Positions 18,523 to 28,835 of a stretch of DNA of 64,000 nt are shown piece after piece (the first letter of the stretch is position 1; every line of letters starts with the position of its first letter). This DNA is from Thermoanaerobaculia bacterium (lineage in GTDB: Bacteria; Acidobacteriota; Thermoanaerobaculia; Multivoradales; Multivoraceae): NCBI GenBank assembly GCA_963664405.1, contig OY761158.1, positions 4,704,001 through 4,768,000 of the forward strand, given 5' to 3'. Both the position numbers and the translations under genes were made by a program. The notes below the pieces were generated by a model. The model had not been told where the DNA came from. It made no database searches and saw only the letters and a list, made by a program, of their open reading frames with translations.

Positions 18523-19818
18523 ATGCGCTGGCCCGGCCTCTGTAAGAGCCTTCTCCCGGGATTGCTCGCCCTCTTCTTTCTCGCCGCCCCGGCATCCTCG
18601 AACTGGCCGCATTGGCGCGGGCCCGATGCTCTCGGTGTGTCCGCGGAAGAGGATCTGCCGCGCCGCTGGGACCCGGAGGCGGAGGGCTCGTGGAAGATCC
18701 CGCTGCCGGGGATGGCGACCTCGACTCCGATCGTCTGGGGAGATACTGTTTTTCTGACCTCTCAGGTCGGCAGGGCTCCTCTTCAGACCCGTGATCCTCT
18801 CAACTCGGTCGAGGCGGGGGACGAGCGGCTGGTCTTCGTGGTCCAGGCCATACACCGGCAGGACGGCCGTGAGTTGTGGCGGGTCGAGCTCCCCTCCGCG
18901 GGAGAGCACCAGCCGGTCCATCTCAAGCACAATCTGGCGACTCCGAGCCCGGTCACCGACGGTGAGCGCTTGATCGTCTGGTTCGGCACCGGTTTGGTGC
19001 TGTGTCTGGATCTCGAGGGTCGAGAGCTGTGGCGCCGGGATCTCGCGACCGACTACGGCCCTTTCGAGATCCTTTGGGCGCACGGCAGCTCGCCGGTGCT
19101 TCACCGCGGCACCGTCATCTTGCTCTGCGATCACACCCCTGCCGGCTATCTGCTCGCGCTCGACAAGAAGACGGGTGAGACCCTGTGGCGAACCGAGCGC
19201 GGCCCCGAGAAGAGGTCCTACTCGACTCCCTTTATCATGCCTCATGGGTCCGGCGAAGCGGTGGTGGTGAGCTCCGATCAGCGCATCGATATTTACTCCG
19301 CCGAGAACGGCGAGCTTCTCTCCTTCGCGGGGCAGCCCGCCCGTGTTCCGGTGTCGTCGCCAGTGTGGGCCGATGGCGTTCTCTACACCAGCCGTGGCTA
19401 TCGCAGTGGCCCCTACCTGGCGCTCCGGCTGCCCGAGGGTCGGGGTCCCCAGGAAGCTGAGGTGTTGTGGAGAGTAGCGACCGGAGCTCCCTACGTTTCC
19501 TCGCTTCTCTTCTACCGCGGTCTGATTTATATGGCCACCGAATCCGGCGTAGTGAGCGCTGTTGACCCTGCCGACGGCACCACGGTCTGGAAGGAGAGAC
19601 TTGGCGGCAACTTCTCCGCCTCGCCGGTTGGCGCGGATGGCAACGTCTATCTTCTCAACGAAGAGGGCGAGCTCTTCGTCATCGCCGCCGGCCGGAGCTT
19701 CCAGCTGGTGGAGAAGAGCGAGCTGGGGGAGAGAACATTGGCATCCCCGGCTATCTCAGGCGGAAAGATCTTCGTTCGTTCGGACGCCCACCTCTTCGCC
19801 CTTGGCGGTACTAGCTGA
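18523..19818 (+). CDS. Secreted PQQ-binding-like beta-propeller protein
   Basis: Signal peptide, NWPHWRGP, STPIVWGD, ATPSPVTDGE, ASPAISGGKIFVRS. Confidence 0.88.
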   Translation: MRWPGLCKSLLPGLLALFFLAAPASSNWPHWRGPDALGVSAEEDLPRRWDPEAEGSWKIPLPGMATSTPIVWGDTVFLTSQVGRAPLQTRDPLNSVEAGDERLVFVVQAIHRQDGRELWRVELPSAGEHQPVHLKHNLATPSPVTDGERLIVWFGTGLVLCLDLEGRELWRRDLATDYGPFEILWAHGSSPVLHRGTVILLCDHTPAGYLLALDKKTGETLWRTERGPEKRSYSTPFIMPHGSGEAVVVSSDQRIDIYSAENGELLSFAGQPARVPVSSPVWADGVLYTSRGYRSGPYLALRLPEGRGPQEAEVLWRVATGAPYVSSLLFYRGLIYMATESGVVSAVDPADGTTVWKERLGGNFSASPVGADGNVYLLNEEGELFVIAAGRSFQLVEKSELGERTLASPAISGGKIFVRSDAHLFALGGTS

Positions 19819-21281
19819 TGCCAGGTCGACTGCAGCCGGCCCTCGTCTTGGCCGCTCTCTTGGCGCTCTGGCTATCGCCGCTTGGGGTGCTTGCAGGCGA
19901 TGAGGGCGGCAAGGCGTCTCTGGTTGCTTCGATCGATGAGAAGGCGGAAAGCTACTGGGAGGCGGCGTTGGATATCTGGCATTGGGCCGAGCCGGGGTAT
20001 CAGGAGGAGCGCTCCTCTCAGCGCCTCATCGGGCTCCTCGAGGCTGCCGAGTTCAAAGTCGAGCGCAACGTGGCAGGGATTCCGACGGCCTTCGTCGCCG
20101 AGTACGGCAGCGGCCGACCCGTCATCGGAGTGCTCGCTGAGTTCGATGCCCTGCCTGGGCTTAGCCAAAAGGCGCTTCCGACCCAAGAAGCGCGGGAAGA
20201 CACGAGTTGGGGACATGGTTGTGGCCATCATCTCTTTGGAGTCGCATCGACGGCTGCCGCAGTCGCCATCGCCGACAGGATTCGGCTGGGTGAGCTGTCG
20301 GGGACGGTGAGGCTCTATGGCACTCCCGCCGAGGAAGGTGGCGGTGCGAAAGTCTTCATGGTGAGAGCCGGTCTCTTCGACGATGTCGACGCTGTTTTGC
20401 ACTGGCACCCGGGTGACAGCAACGCGGCGGGGGACCCGAGCAATATGGCGCGCGTCGCCGCCAAGTTCCGTTTCCGTGGAAAGAGCTCGCATGCGGCAGC
20501 CGCCCCTGAAGAAGGGCGCTCCGCGCTCGATGCCGTCAATGTCATGGCCCATGCCGCCGAGCTGATGCGCGAGCACACTCCTGACATGAGCCGCATCCAC
20601 TACGTGATCACGGCCGGCGGGGACGCTCCCAACGTGGTGCCGAACTTTGCCGAGGTCTATTACTACGTGCGCCACCCCGACGCGGGGGTGGCTCAAGACC
20701 TCTACCGCCGACTCCTGCTCTGCGCTCGAGCCGGAGCCTTGGCGACCGAGACCGAGCTCGAGATCGAGTTTCTCGGAGGTGTGTACAACGTCCTGCCGAA
20801 CACCGAGCTGACTCGAGTCACCCTACGAAATCTGCGCGACCAGAAGCCGATCTCTTACACCGCCGACGAGACCGCCTTTGCCCACGAGCTCCAGCAGACT
20901 TTGGTCTCACCAAGGCCGCTCGCTACCGTTGGAGTGGTCTCCGACCGCAGCGGCATGGTCTCCAAGGGCTCGACCGATGTCGGCGATGTTTCATGGGTCG
21001 TGCCGACGACGGGTCTGCGTACCGCGACCTGGGTCCCGGGAACTCCTTCGCATTCGTGGCAGGCTACTGCGGCAGGCGGAACGACCCTGGGTCGCAAGGG
21101 TATGCTCCTTGCTGCCAGGTCCATCGCCGCTACCGCGTGGGATCTCTATCTCGACCCGGAGACGCTGAAAGCGGCTCGCCGTGAGCTCGACGAACGGCTC
21201 GGCAGGCAAGCCTACAAGGCGATGCTCGAAGACGGCCAGCCGCCGCCGCTGGAATATCGCAACCCTCCGAAAGCGAACTAA
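19818..21281 (+). CDS. M20-family amidohydrolase (AbgB-like) with signal peptide
   Basis: AEFDALPGLSQ, GHGCGHHLFG, GTPAEEGG, LHWHP, GSTDVGDVSW, HSWQ. Confidence 0.9.
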   Translation: MPGRLQPALVLAALLALWLSPLGVLAGDEGGKASLVASIDEKAESYWEAALDIWHWAEPGYQEERSSQRLIGLLEAAEFKVERNVAGIPTAFVAEYGSGRPVIGVLAEFDALPGLSQKALPTQEAREDTSWGHGCGHHLFGVASTAAAVAIADRIRLGELSGTVRLYGTPAEEGGGAKVFMVRAGLFDDVDAVLHWHPGDSNAAGDPSNMARVAAKFRFRGKSSHAAAAPEEGRSALDAVNVMAHAAELMREHTPDMSRIHYVITAGGDAPNVVPNFAEVYYYVRHPDAGVAQDLYRRLLLCARAGALATETELEIEFLGGVYNVLPNTELTRVTLRNLRDQKPISYTADETAFAHELQQTLVSPRPLATVGVVSDRSGMVSKGSTDVGDVSWVVPTTGLRTATWVPGTPSHSWQATAAGGTTLGRKGMLLAARSIAATAWDLYLDPETLKAARRELDERLGRQAYKAMLEDGQPPPLEYRNPPKAN

Positions 21282-23104
21282 GAGCCGCCCGGAGGAGAGA
21301 ACTCGAACGAGAGCTGCGCCCAGCTGCGTCCGGGTACGCCGTCTCGAGTCGCTGGCTGGAAGTCGGAGTTGTATGTCGCTTCCAACGCTGCCTTCTCGAA
21401 CAGGGGATCGGAGGCTTTCTCGACCTCAGCCTCGGCCACTTTGCCGGTCTCGTCGATGAGCACAGAAACCGTAACTGTGCCGGAGAGAAGACGATCGCCC
21501 GCCTCGGCCGGATAGTCGGGCTGGGGGACCCTGATCGCTCTGGCGCAGACCAGTCCACCTTGTCCACAGCCGAGGATGAATGGGACTGTCGGCTCATCGG
21601 CTGCGGTGTCCGCGGTGTCCGCGATCTGACCGGCACCGGGCTCGCTGCCTGCCGAATCCTCGTTGTCGGTCTCCGCGCTCGCCACGCCGGTCTCCGCGGT
21701 CACCGCCGGCGAAGCCTGGGCCTCATCGATTTCGATCGGCGCTGCGACCGCAGGACTCACCTCCGCTATGGGCGGCGGTGAATCGGTTTCTGGCTCCGCT
21801 GGGGCCACCGGCTCGGTCTCTGGGTTGATGTTGTCGGCAACTGTCGCAGCGCTTGCCTCCGGAGCGGCTCGGAGAGTTGCGTTCGGCGCAGCCTCTTCAA
21901 CCTCCGGGAGGGGGAGCAGAGGAGCGCTCTCTTCGACGATATCTCTTGCCTCAGCGGCTTGGTCTGGGACCGGTGCCTCGGTCAGTGGCGTGGCGTCTTC
22001 AGCGGGAGTGTCGGGGGCGGTGGCCTCGACGGCCGGTTCTGTCGCGGCTACCGTGGCGGCTCTGCTTGATGCTGCCCGCGGTTGTGGAGCCTGTGTGGTC
22101 TCGGTCGGGGTCAGCCCCTGGGCGCCGCCTTGGCGAACGAGCCAGAAGAACCCGCCACCGACGAGGAGCAGGGCTACGACCGCGACGATCGCGAGTATTG
22201 CCGCGACCGATTTGCGCTTGGCGCTCGGCTCGAGATCCGACGAGACGGCCTCGATGCGTGCTTTCAGCTCCTCGTAGGGCGCGCGGCTGCCGTAGTCTTC
22301 TCGCAGGCGCTCGGTTGCCTCTAGTGCTTCGTCGACAAAGCCGTTCTCTATCTGCGCTTCGATCGCGGCTGTGGCGATCAGCACGCTGTCCTGCCGCTGG
22401 TGATCCTCCTCGATCGATCGAGCTTCCTCGACGCTGCGATGGAGGTCGACCAGTGCCGGGTCTCCGGCGAAGGCGCTCTCGAGGGCGGCCAGACTCTCCG
22501 CGGCTTCGTCGACTTGGTCGCCTTGCAGCAGCTCGTTGATCTGCTCTACTCCAGCGCTGAGCCTTTCGTCCACGGGCGGCGTTTGCAGCTCGACGATGCG
22601 CCCACGCAGCTCCTCCGAGGGAGCTGCAGCACCGAAGCGCTCTTCCATCGCCTCGACACCCGACAATGCTTCGTTGAGCTGATCCGCCTCGATCAGCTCT
22701 TCAATCGCCGCCGCCGCTTCGGCGATGGCCCGTCTTGTCTCGGTGCGGCTGGCGTCGTCGCTCGAGAGGCGTCGATACGAGCGAAGCAGATTCTGAGCTG
22801 TCGCGTTCTCGGGATCGAGGCGGAGGGCGTCTTCGACTGTCTCCGCGGCGCCTTCATAACGCCCGTGGGCGGCGAGGGCGACCGCTTGATCGAGGATCAT
22901 CTCGAGCACCTGCGCGTCGCCGCCGGGGCGGTTCTCCGAAGTTCCACCCGGCTGCGCAAGCGTCTCCTCGAGCGACAGAGACGAGCCTATCGAGCCATCT
23001 CCTTCTCTATTCACGACTTCACTTCCCAAACCAGAGCTCTCATTTGCTGCACGACCCTCCTTCGAGTGCCGACCTCGATCATCTGGGAGCTCCCAAACAG
23101 CCAA
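21278..23104 (-). CDS. TonB-family energy transducer with TPR-like N-terminal region
   Basis: Helical repeats, one TM helix, an Ala/Pro/Glu-rich linker and TonB_C (PDYPAEA..GTVTVSVLIDETGKV..FQPATRDG). Start uncertain. Confidence 0.8.
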   Translation of the reverse strand: MAVWELPDDRGRHSKEGRAANESSGLGSEVVNREGDGSIGSSLSLEETLAQPGGTSENRPGGDAQVLEMILDQAVALAAHGRYEGAAETVEDALRLDPENATAQNLLRSYRRLSSDDASRTETRRAIAEAAAAIEELIEADQLNEALSGVEAMEERFGAAAPSEELRGRIVELQTPPVDERLSAGVEQINELLQGDQVDEAAESLAALESAFAGDPALVDLHRSVEEARSIEEDHQRQDSVLIATAAIEAQIENGFVDEALEATERLREDYGSRAPYEELKARIEAVSSDLEPSAKRKSVAAILAIVAVVALLLVGGGFFWLVRQGGAQGLTPTETTQAPQPRAASSRAATVAATEPAVEATAPDTPAEDATPLTEAPVPDQAAEARDIVEESAPLLPLPEVEEAAPNATLRAAPEASAATVADNINPETEPVAPAEPETDSPPPIAEVSPAVAAPIEIDEAQASPAVTAETGVASAETDNEDSAGSEPGAGQIADTADTAADEPTVPFILGCGQGGLVCARAIRVPQPDYPAEAGDRLLSGTVTVSVLIDETGKVAEAEVEKASDPLFEKAALEATYNSDFQPATRDGVPGRSWAQLSFEFSPPGGS

Positions 23105-23199
23105 AACCCGAGGATACAGGAGAATTGGCTCTGAAGCTAGCCTTTATTGCATTTGTAAGTTTGTCTATATGTCCGGGGCGGGGGGCAGCGCAGGCGCGA

Positions 23200-23365
23200 C
23201 TAGGCCAGCGTTTCCAGAGTTCGTGCTGCATAGCTCGAGGTCATTCTGTTCGCTGGCTAGGCGCGCTGACGCAGGCATATTGGGCAATATGTCGAGGAGG
23301 AGAAACGACGCCAGCGGGCAGAAGGGCCCGAGATATGTGCGCGAACTTTGGAAACGCTGGTCTAG
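23200..23365 (+). mobile_element. Family-B 158-bp hairpin element, copy B1 (arm type 1)
   Basis: CTAG at 23200-23203 and 23362-23365. Arms GCCAGCGTTTCCAGAGTTCG / CGAACTTTGGAAACGCTGGT; core AGGCGCGCTGACGCAGGCATAT..ATATGTCGAGGA. Confidence 0.8.
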
Positions 23366-23667
23366 AAGATCCAAGCGAGGGTGTGGAAACCGAGCCACAT
23401 CACTGCAGCGAGGACACAGAGGACTGAGCAGATGACGGCGACGACCACGAGGGCTGGGATGGCGAGGACGGCGACCGGCACCGCAAAGAGCGTAAGTGGA
23501 ATCAAGACAAGTAGGGCGAGAGCCCCGACCAGGAGGCCTCCGGCCAGCTTGAGTGGGATCACAACGATCTTGAACAGCAGCTTGAGGAGCAGCGCGACTA
23601 CGCTCAGCGCCAGTACCAGCACCACTATGCCGAAGAAGAAGGCGAAGAAAGTGAGGATCTCGAACAC
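23362..23667 (-). CDS. Small hydrophobic membrane protein
   Basis: 101 aa, almost entirely hydrophobic, with a GAGAG-type RBS upstream. Its stop lies in the CTAG flanking B1. Confidence 0.7.
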   Translation of the reverse strand: MFEILTFFAFFFGIVVLVLALSVVALLLKLLFKIVVIPLKLAGGLLVGALALLVLIPLTLFAVPVAVLAIPALVVVAVICSVLCVLAAVMWLGFHTLAWIF

Positions 23668-23709
23668 GTTGCTCTCTACCCACGACTACGAGAGGAGGAC
23701 TCTCGAGTT

Positions 23710-24297
23710 TCAGAGAGGGGAGCCTGCGCGGAAACAACGGGTAGTGTGATCGTTGACCATGCCGACCGCCTGCATGAAGGCGTAGCAGATGGTCGTGCCG
23801 ACGAAGGTGAAGTCTCGCTTCTTCAAGTCCTTGGAGAGAGCGTCAGACAACGGTGTATGGGCCGGGATGTCTCCCAACCGCTTCCAGCGGTTGAGGATGG
23901 GCTCGCCGTCGACAAACTGCCATAGATAGGTATCGAAGCTACCCTTCTCTTCTTGGACCGCTAGGAACGCTTTGGCGTTTCTGACGGATGCCGCGACTTT
24001 CAATCGGTTTCGTACGATCCCTGGATCCTCGAGCAGGCGCGAAGTCTTCTCTTGCCCATAGCGCGCGACCTTCTCGGGGTCGAAACCGTCGTAGACCCGC
24101 CGATAGTGGGCACGCTTGTTGAGGATGGTCGACCACGACAGTCCAGCCTGTGCCCCCTCGAGGATCAGAAATTCGAATAGCGTGTGCTCGTCGTGAACCG
24201 GATTGCCCCACTCTTCGTCGTGGTAGGCGATCATGCGGGGGTCTTCACCGGCCCACTCGCAGCGGTTCTCTTGTGAATCCTTGCTCTTTTCGGACAT
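23710..24297 (-). CDS. tag: DNA-3-methyladenine glycosylase I
   Basis: RCEWA, YHDEEWG, LEGAQAGLSWSTILNKR, FVGTTICYAFMQAVGMVNDH..C. Confidence 0.95.
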   Translation of the reverse strand: MSEKSKDSQENRCEWAGEDPRMIAYHDEEWGNPVHDEHTLFEFLILEGAQAGLSWSTILNKRAHYRRVYDGFDPEKVARYGQEKTSRLLEDPGIVRNRLKVAASVRNAKAFLAVQEEKGSFDTYLWQFVDGEPILNRWKRLGDIPAHTPLSDALSKDLKKRDFTFVGTTICYAFMQAVGMVNDHTTRCFRAGSPL

Positions 24298-24317
24298 GGT
24301 CGCGGCAGCTTGTCGGA

Positions 24318-25184
24318 TCACCCTTGCGAGCGACCGGTCTCGAACAACTCAACGGCGGTGTCGGCCGCTTGCTCGAAGAAGGCCGCTATCGCGCTTTGCT
24401 GGTCGGTCGCTCTCAGCAGCTCTGATACCGGTGCAATCGCCCCGAACCAGGGAGTTTCCTGCCACCTACCGATTTGGAGGTCACTCGGGAGCCCCTCATG
24501 CTCGGGTGTCGGCCAAGGAGACACATACCAGTACGCCTCGGGCACCGCCGCATCGCCGGGAGACAGTCCCAAGTTCATGGACTGGCCGCTGCCGTCGTTG
24601 GAGACCGTGACCAGGGTGGCGATGTCGAAGTGATGCGGCCAGACCCGTAATTCGGAGGACGGCAGGTCCGAAGACACTCTCCAAGCCTCCAGCACCGAGG
24701 CCGTGTCGACGTATGCGTTCGCCAGCGTCTGCAGCAGGCTCGCCTGGGGTCGGCGAAACGGCTGTCCATTGGCGATCTCGTGTGCTGGGAAGTCCGGGTA
24801 GCCCCGACGAGGAATGCTAATTGCGGAGCCGCGATCGACCCTGAATACCTCGCTGAGCCATTGCAGCCCATCGGAGCAGGAAACTCCGTCCAAGGAAAGG
24901 CTGGTGATCGGCTGTTGCGAATCGTCGATCAGAAGGAGCTCGAAGGTGGGTATCCGGATCCCGATGCGCACACCTGTCTCACGACCCTCGATGGGGCCGG
25001 TGAGCAAGGTCTCCGAGGCCGCATCAAAGCTCAGCGCCGTATGACTGTCGTCGTCGGTGGCCGGCAGCAGCGTGCTCGCAGCCGACGCGGGAAGCTGAGC
25101 GGCGTAGTGCAACTGAAGACGTGCTTCGACATAGCTATCCAGCTCAACCGGATTCAGCCTTCGCCAGAGCTCGCTTTTCGACAT
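24318..25184 (-). CDS. Conserved hypothetical protein (DUF5996-like)
   Basis: LHYAAQL, DDSHT, RVWPHHFDIATL, LGLSPGD..EAYWYVSPWP; TGATG coupling to the upstream gene. Confidence 0.65.
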   Translation of the reverse strand: MSKSELWRRLNPVELDSYVEARLQLHYAAQLPASAASTLLPATDDDSHTALSFDAASETLLTGPIEGRETGVRIGIRIPTFELLLIDDSQQPITSLSLDGVSCSDGLQWLSEVFRVDRGSAISIPRRGYPDFPAHEIANGQPFRRPQASLLQTLANAYVDTASVLEAWRVSSDLPSSELRVWPHHFDIATLVTVSNDGSGQSMNLGLSPGDAAVPEAYWYVSPWPTPEHEGLPSDLQIGRWQETPWFGAIAPVSELLRATDQQSAIAAFFEQAADTAVELFETGRSQG

Positions 25185-26026
25185 CACTGATTCAGAGCGG
25201 GTTCCCACAGCCGGACCCAGCCCGTTTCCACTTCGAGGTCCGCCGTCTCGTACCCGGGCTCGCCCGGTAACAGCACTCTGTACTCTCCCTCGGGATCGTC
25301 GACCCTGACCCGCTTGTATTCGAGCCGCTGTCTGGCCACCGCCATGACCTGCTCCGCCGATTCGAAGCGAGACAGGCACGAGATCATCCGCACCGTCGGC
25401 GATAGCATCGCCATCTCGTTCGCGGCCCATCGGTCGAGGGCATTCTGTGGCCGCACCCACTCCCAGTTGACGATCTCGTTTTGATCGTGACTCGGCTCCT
25501 GGCCCAGCGGAGCCAGCGCGACGAGGAATCGGGCGTCGAAGCGGCGAGGTGGTCCCAGAGGGGTAATGAACCTCGCGACTTCCTCGATCGCCGTCACGTC
25601 GAGCGAGAGGCCTCGCTCCAACAGCAGGTCGGCGAAAATCGATTCGTCCTGCTGAACCCGCTCTCGCAGCTGATCGACAACGGCGCTCTCGATCGCCCCT
25701 CCTGCGGCCAAGAGCAGCCCCGCCTCTTCCAAGGTCTCTCTGCAGGCCGCGATCCACCAGGCGAGTCCACCTCGCTCGACGTCCAAGATCCGAGAGGCCT
25801 CTGCGTCGGTCAGCCCCTGACAGATGGTCTCGAAGTCGTCGAGATGGTCCGTTGGATCGACTCTTCCCCCTGGGAACACCCAGCTGTCGGGTGCGAACAC
25901 CATCCGTGCCGTGCGATGAACCATGAGTACATGGAGGTCGGGCCGGTCTTCCACCAGGATAACCGTCGCGGCGGGGCGGATGGGAACGGTTGTCGGATCG
26001 AAGTCCGTCTTGTCTGTAGCGTTCAC
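25184..26026 (-). CDS. NUDIX hydrolase (NUDT19-like)
   Basis: RPAATVIL, VFPGGRVD, AACRETLEEAG, FITP..PPRRFDARF. Confidence 0.88.
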   Translation of the reverse strand: MNATDKTDFDPTTVPIRPAATVILVEDRPDLHVLMVHRTARMVFAPDSWVFPGGRVDPTDHLDDFETICQGLTDAEASRILDVERGGLAWWIAACRETLEEAGLLLAAGGAIESAVVDQLRERVQQDESIFADLLLERGLSLDVTAIEEVARFITPLGPPRRFDARFLVALAPLGQEPSHDQNEIVNWEWVRPQNALDRWAANEMAMLSPTVRMISCLSRFESAEQVMAVARQRLEYKRVRVDDPEGEYRVLLPGEPGYETADLEVETGWVRLWEPALNQ

Positions 26027-26033
26027 GAGCTGT

Positions 26034-28100
26034 TCAGGGCAGGCGGTATGCAACCACTTCCGCGGGAGCGTCACCGCCGCCGACTCCGAGTACGAGGTAT
26101 TGCTTGCCGCGGTGCATGTAGGTGATCGGGCTGCTGTTCGGATCCGATTGGAGCTCGTGACGCCAGACCACGGCCCCCGTGTCTTTGTCGATCGCACGAA
26201 TGGCCGCTGGGTCGCCGACAATCGTTTCGATCGTAGGCTCTTCGAGCATCTCTTGTATGGAACCTTCTTCGGCCCGGGGGTCCTCGGAGAAGAGGAGGTC
26301 GAACGAGCGCCCGCCGCGCCCTTGAGAGCGCCCGCGGCCCGAGGTGACGAACAACAGCGTCTTGGTTACGAGGACGTGGTTGCGTCCACCGGAGCCGAGT
26401 GGGCCGAGACCGAGATGACGGATCTCGGGGTGGCTCCGTGGTCCGTTGCCGATCGGAATCACCCAGTCGATCTCGCCACGATTCAGGTCATAGGCGGTGA
26501 CTCTCGAATACGGCGGTTTGACGAGCGGCAGGCCACGAGGGCCGGGAACGCTGGTCTGGATCGATCCGATGAAGTCGAAGGACGACCTTCCGGGGTCGGG
26601 CTTCTTGAGTGTCATCAAGATCGGCGAAGTGAACGAGGGCAGATAGAGCCGTCCGGTTTCGGGATCGAAGGCGGCGCCGGGCCAGCTCGCGCCACCTCCC
26701 CAGTTCGGTAGCTGAAGCGTGCCTCGCTCGCTCGGGGGCGTATACAGCGGCCCGTAGTGGTACTGCTGCATGATCGCCATCGCTTCGGCGTGCAGCTCGG
26801 GCGTGAAGTCGATGAGCTGCTCGGCGCTCATGCCTTGGCGCTCGAAGGGCGGTGGCTTGGTGGGAAAGGGTTGGGTGGGGGAAGTGCGCTCCCCAGGTAC
26901 GCCGGATTGCGGCACCGGGCGCTCTTCGATGGGCCATACCGGCTCGCCGGTGGCGCGGTCGAGGACGTAGAGAAATCCCTGCTTCGACGGTTGAGCCGCG
27001 GCCTTGATCGGCTTTCCGTCGACATTGATGTCGACAAGGATTGGGGGCGTCGGAAGATCGTAGTCCCAGAGCCCATGGTGGATCGCCTGAAAGTGCCACC
27101 TTCGCTCGCCGGTCTCACAGTCGAGGGCCACCAGAGACTCGGCGAAGAGGTTGTCGCCGGGACGGTGGCCGCCGTACCAGTCGTTGGTCGGCGTGCCGAA
27201 GGGGAGGTAGACCAGACCGAGCTCCTCGTCGGCGCTCATCAAGGTCCAGACGTTGGTATTGCCGTGGTCCTTCCAGGAGTCGTGCTCCCAGGTGTCGTTG
27301 CCGAGCTCGCCGGGCTGCGCTATCGAGTGGAAAGTCCACCTGTGCTCGCCGGTGCGCGCGTCGAAGCCACGGATGTCCCCAGGAGGAGCTTTCGGGTGGG
27401 TCGGTCCATCGGAGATCGACGAGCCGACGATCACGACGTCGCGGCAGACCGTGGTCGGCGAGCTCACGGTGTATTTCCGTCGGTTGATCTCGCGTCGCAA
27501 GCCCTTGGTCAGGTCCACCGCGCCGTCGTCGCCCCAATCTCCGACCGGCTCCCCGGTCACGGCGTCGACGGCGCGGAGGAAGGAGTCGGGTGAAGCGTAG
27601 AAGAGCTGTGGCGCTCTTCGCTCGTCTTTCGAGTCGACCCAATAGGCGGCGCCACGATGGACGAAGCCGAGGTTGGTGGGGCGGCCGTACTGGTAGCTCT
27701 CCGGGTCGTAGCTCCAGAGTGATTTGCCGGTCGTCGCGTCAATAGCGGCGATCTGGCCGTAGCCGGTCGAGACGAAGAGCCTGTCGCCGATCTTGAGCGG
27801 AATGCTCTGGTTGCTTCCTGGCGCCATGCGCCGACTCTGGAGGCGCTCGTCCTGGGCTCTGAGCTCATTGTCCGGCGAGTCGAAACGCCAGGCGACCGCG
27901 AGCTCAGCAACGTTGTCAGCGTGAATCTGGTCGAGAGGGGAGTAGCGGTGCGCCGCTTTGTTGCCGGTCACCACCGGCCAGTCGGTGGATTGGCCGGTGA
28001 CAGGCTCGACCTTCCCGAACAGCAGCGCCGCGACTAGCAAGGCGTATCTTCCGGTCCTTAAGGTCGCCTGGACCCTCGCGGCTCTGCTTGAAGACTCCAT
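26034..28100 (-). CDS. Periplasmic PQQ-dependent dehydrogenase (glucose/quinate family)
   Basis: RYSPLDQI, PPGDIRGFDARTG, WHFQAIHHGLWDYDLP, WPIEERPVPQS, SPITYMHRGKQY. Confidence 0.92.
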   Translation of the reverse strand: MESSSRAARVQATLRTGRYALLVAALLFGKVEPVTGQSTDWPVVTGNKAAHRYSPLDQIHADNVAELAVAWRFDSPDNELRAQDERLQSRRMAPGSNQSIPLKIGDRLFVSTGYGQIAAIDATTGKSLWSYDPESYQYGRPTNLGFVHRGAAYWVDSKDERRAPQLFYASPDSFLRAVDAVTGEPVGDWGDDGAVDLTKGLRREINRRKYTVSSPTTVCRDVVIVGSSISDGPTHPKAPPGDIRGFDARTGEHRWTFHSIAQPGELGNDTWEHDSWKDHGNTNVWTLMSADEELGLVYLPFGTPTNDWYGGHRPGDNLFAESLVALDCETGERRWHFQAIHHGLWDYDLPTPPILVDINVDGKPIKAAAQPSKQGFLYVLDRATGEPVWPIEERPVPQSGVPGERTSPTQPFPTKPPPFERQGMSAEQLIDFTPELHAEAMAIMQQYHYGPLYTPPSERGTLQLPNWGGGASWPGAAFDPETGRLYLPSFTSPILMTLKKPDPGRSSFDFIGSIQTSVPGPRGLPLVKPPYSRVTAYDLNRGEIDWVIPIGNGPRSHPEIRHLGLGPLGSGGRNHVLVTKTLLFVTSGRGRSQGRGGRSFDLLFSEDPRAEEGSIQEMLEEPTIETIVGDPAAIRAIDKDTGAVVWRHELQSDPNSSPITYMHRGKQYLVLGVGGGDAPAEVVAYRLP

Positions 28101-28123
28101 TGCGTACCAGTCTCGACGTTGAG

Positions 28124-28735
28124 CTAGGCGACCCAGTGCAGCTCAGAGCGTCCTCCGGAGCGAGTCTCGAACTCCCTTGGCATTTCGGGGTCGCTCCAGC
28201 GCGAGGCGCTCGGGGCCAGGTCTATTCTGCGAGCGCCGAGGGTCAGCCCCATGGCGGCGTTATTCATCGTCACCTGCTCTCCAGCCTCGTTCTTCAAGAG
28301 CCCCGATCTCACGCTGCCATAATCTGCGATGTCGATTACGACGTCGTCTCCGTCCTCCCGGGCCTCCATCGTCGCTGTCACGGTGGGCAGCCACTTGGAG
28401 ATCAAGGAGGCGAGGATGGCCATCGGTCCACCGCTGTGGGCCTGGAGTAGCGACTCGATGGCCGCGACCTGCTCAGAGCTGACACCGTCTTCGATGTAGA
28501 TGCGGGCGGTTCCGTTGCCGTCGAAGAGTGTCGGCCCGGGGAAGTCGAAGCCGAGAATGGCCGTTCGCCCGCCGAGGTCCACCCCTTCGGCGGAGCCCTC
28601 TAGAAATCGGAGTGCCATCACCGTGCCGCACCACCCCTGATCCATCACCATCAGCTCGCGGACGCCGTACCAGCAGGGGCACATCATGTTGCAGCTGCAG
28701 GTCTCGATCATCTCGATTTTCAAATCCATGGCCAT
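28124..28735 (-). CDS. DUF1326-domain protein
   Basis: ETCSCNMMCPCW...GWC metal-binding-like motif, GVDLGG, GGPMA.LA. Confidence 0.8.
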   Translation of the reverse strand: MAMDLKIEMIETCSCNMMCPCWYGVRELMVMDQGWCGTVMALRFLEGSAEGVDLGGRTAILGFDFPGPTLFDGNGTARIYIEDGVSSEQVAAIESLLQAHSGGPMAILASLISKWLPTVTATMEAREDGDDVVIDIADYGSVRSGLLKNEAGEQVTMNNAAMGLTLGARRIDLAPSASRWSDPEMPREFETRSGGRSELHWVA

Positions 28736-28835
28736 GCCGCGCCTCCCTGAGAGTCTCGCCCGACGCTACCAGACTCGACGGACAGCGAAGGCGGCCTTGG
28801 TAGAGTCTGATCTCTTATCTTTAGGGGACTTCAGA

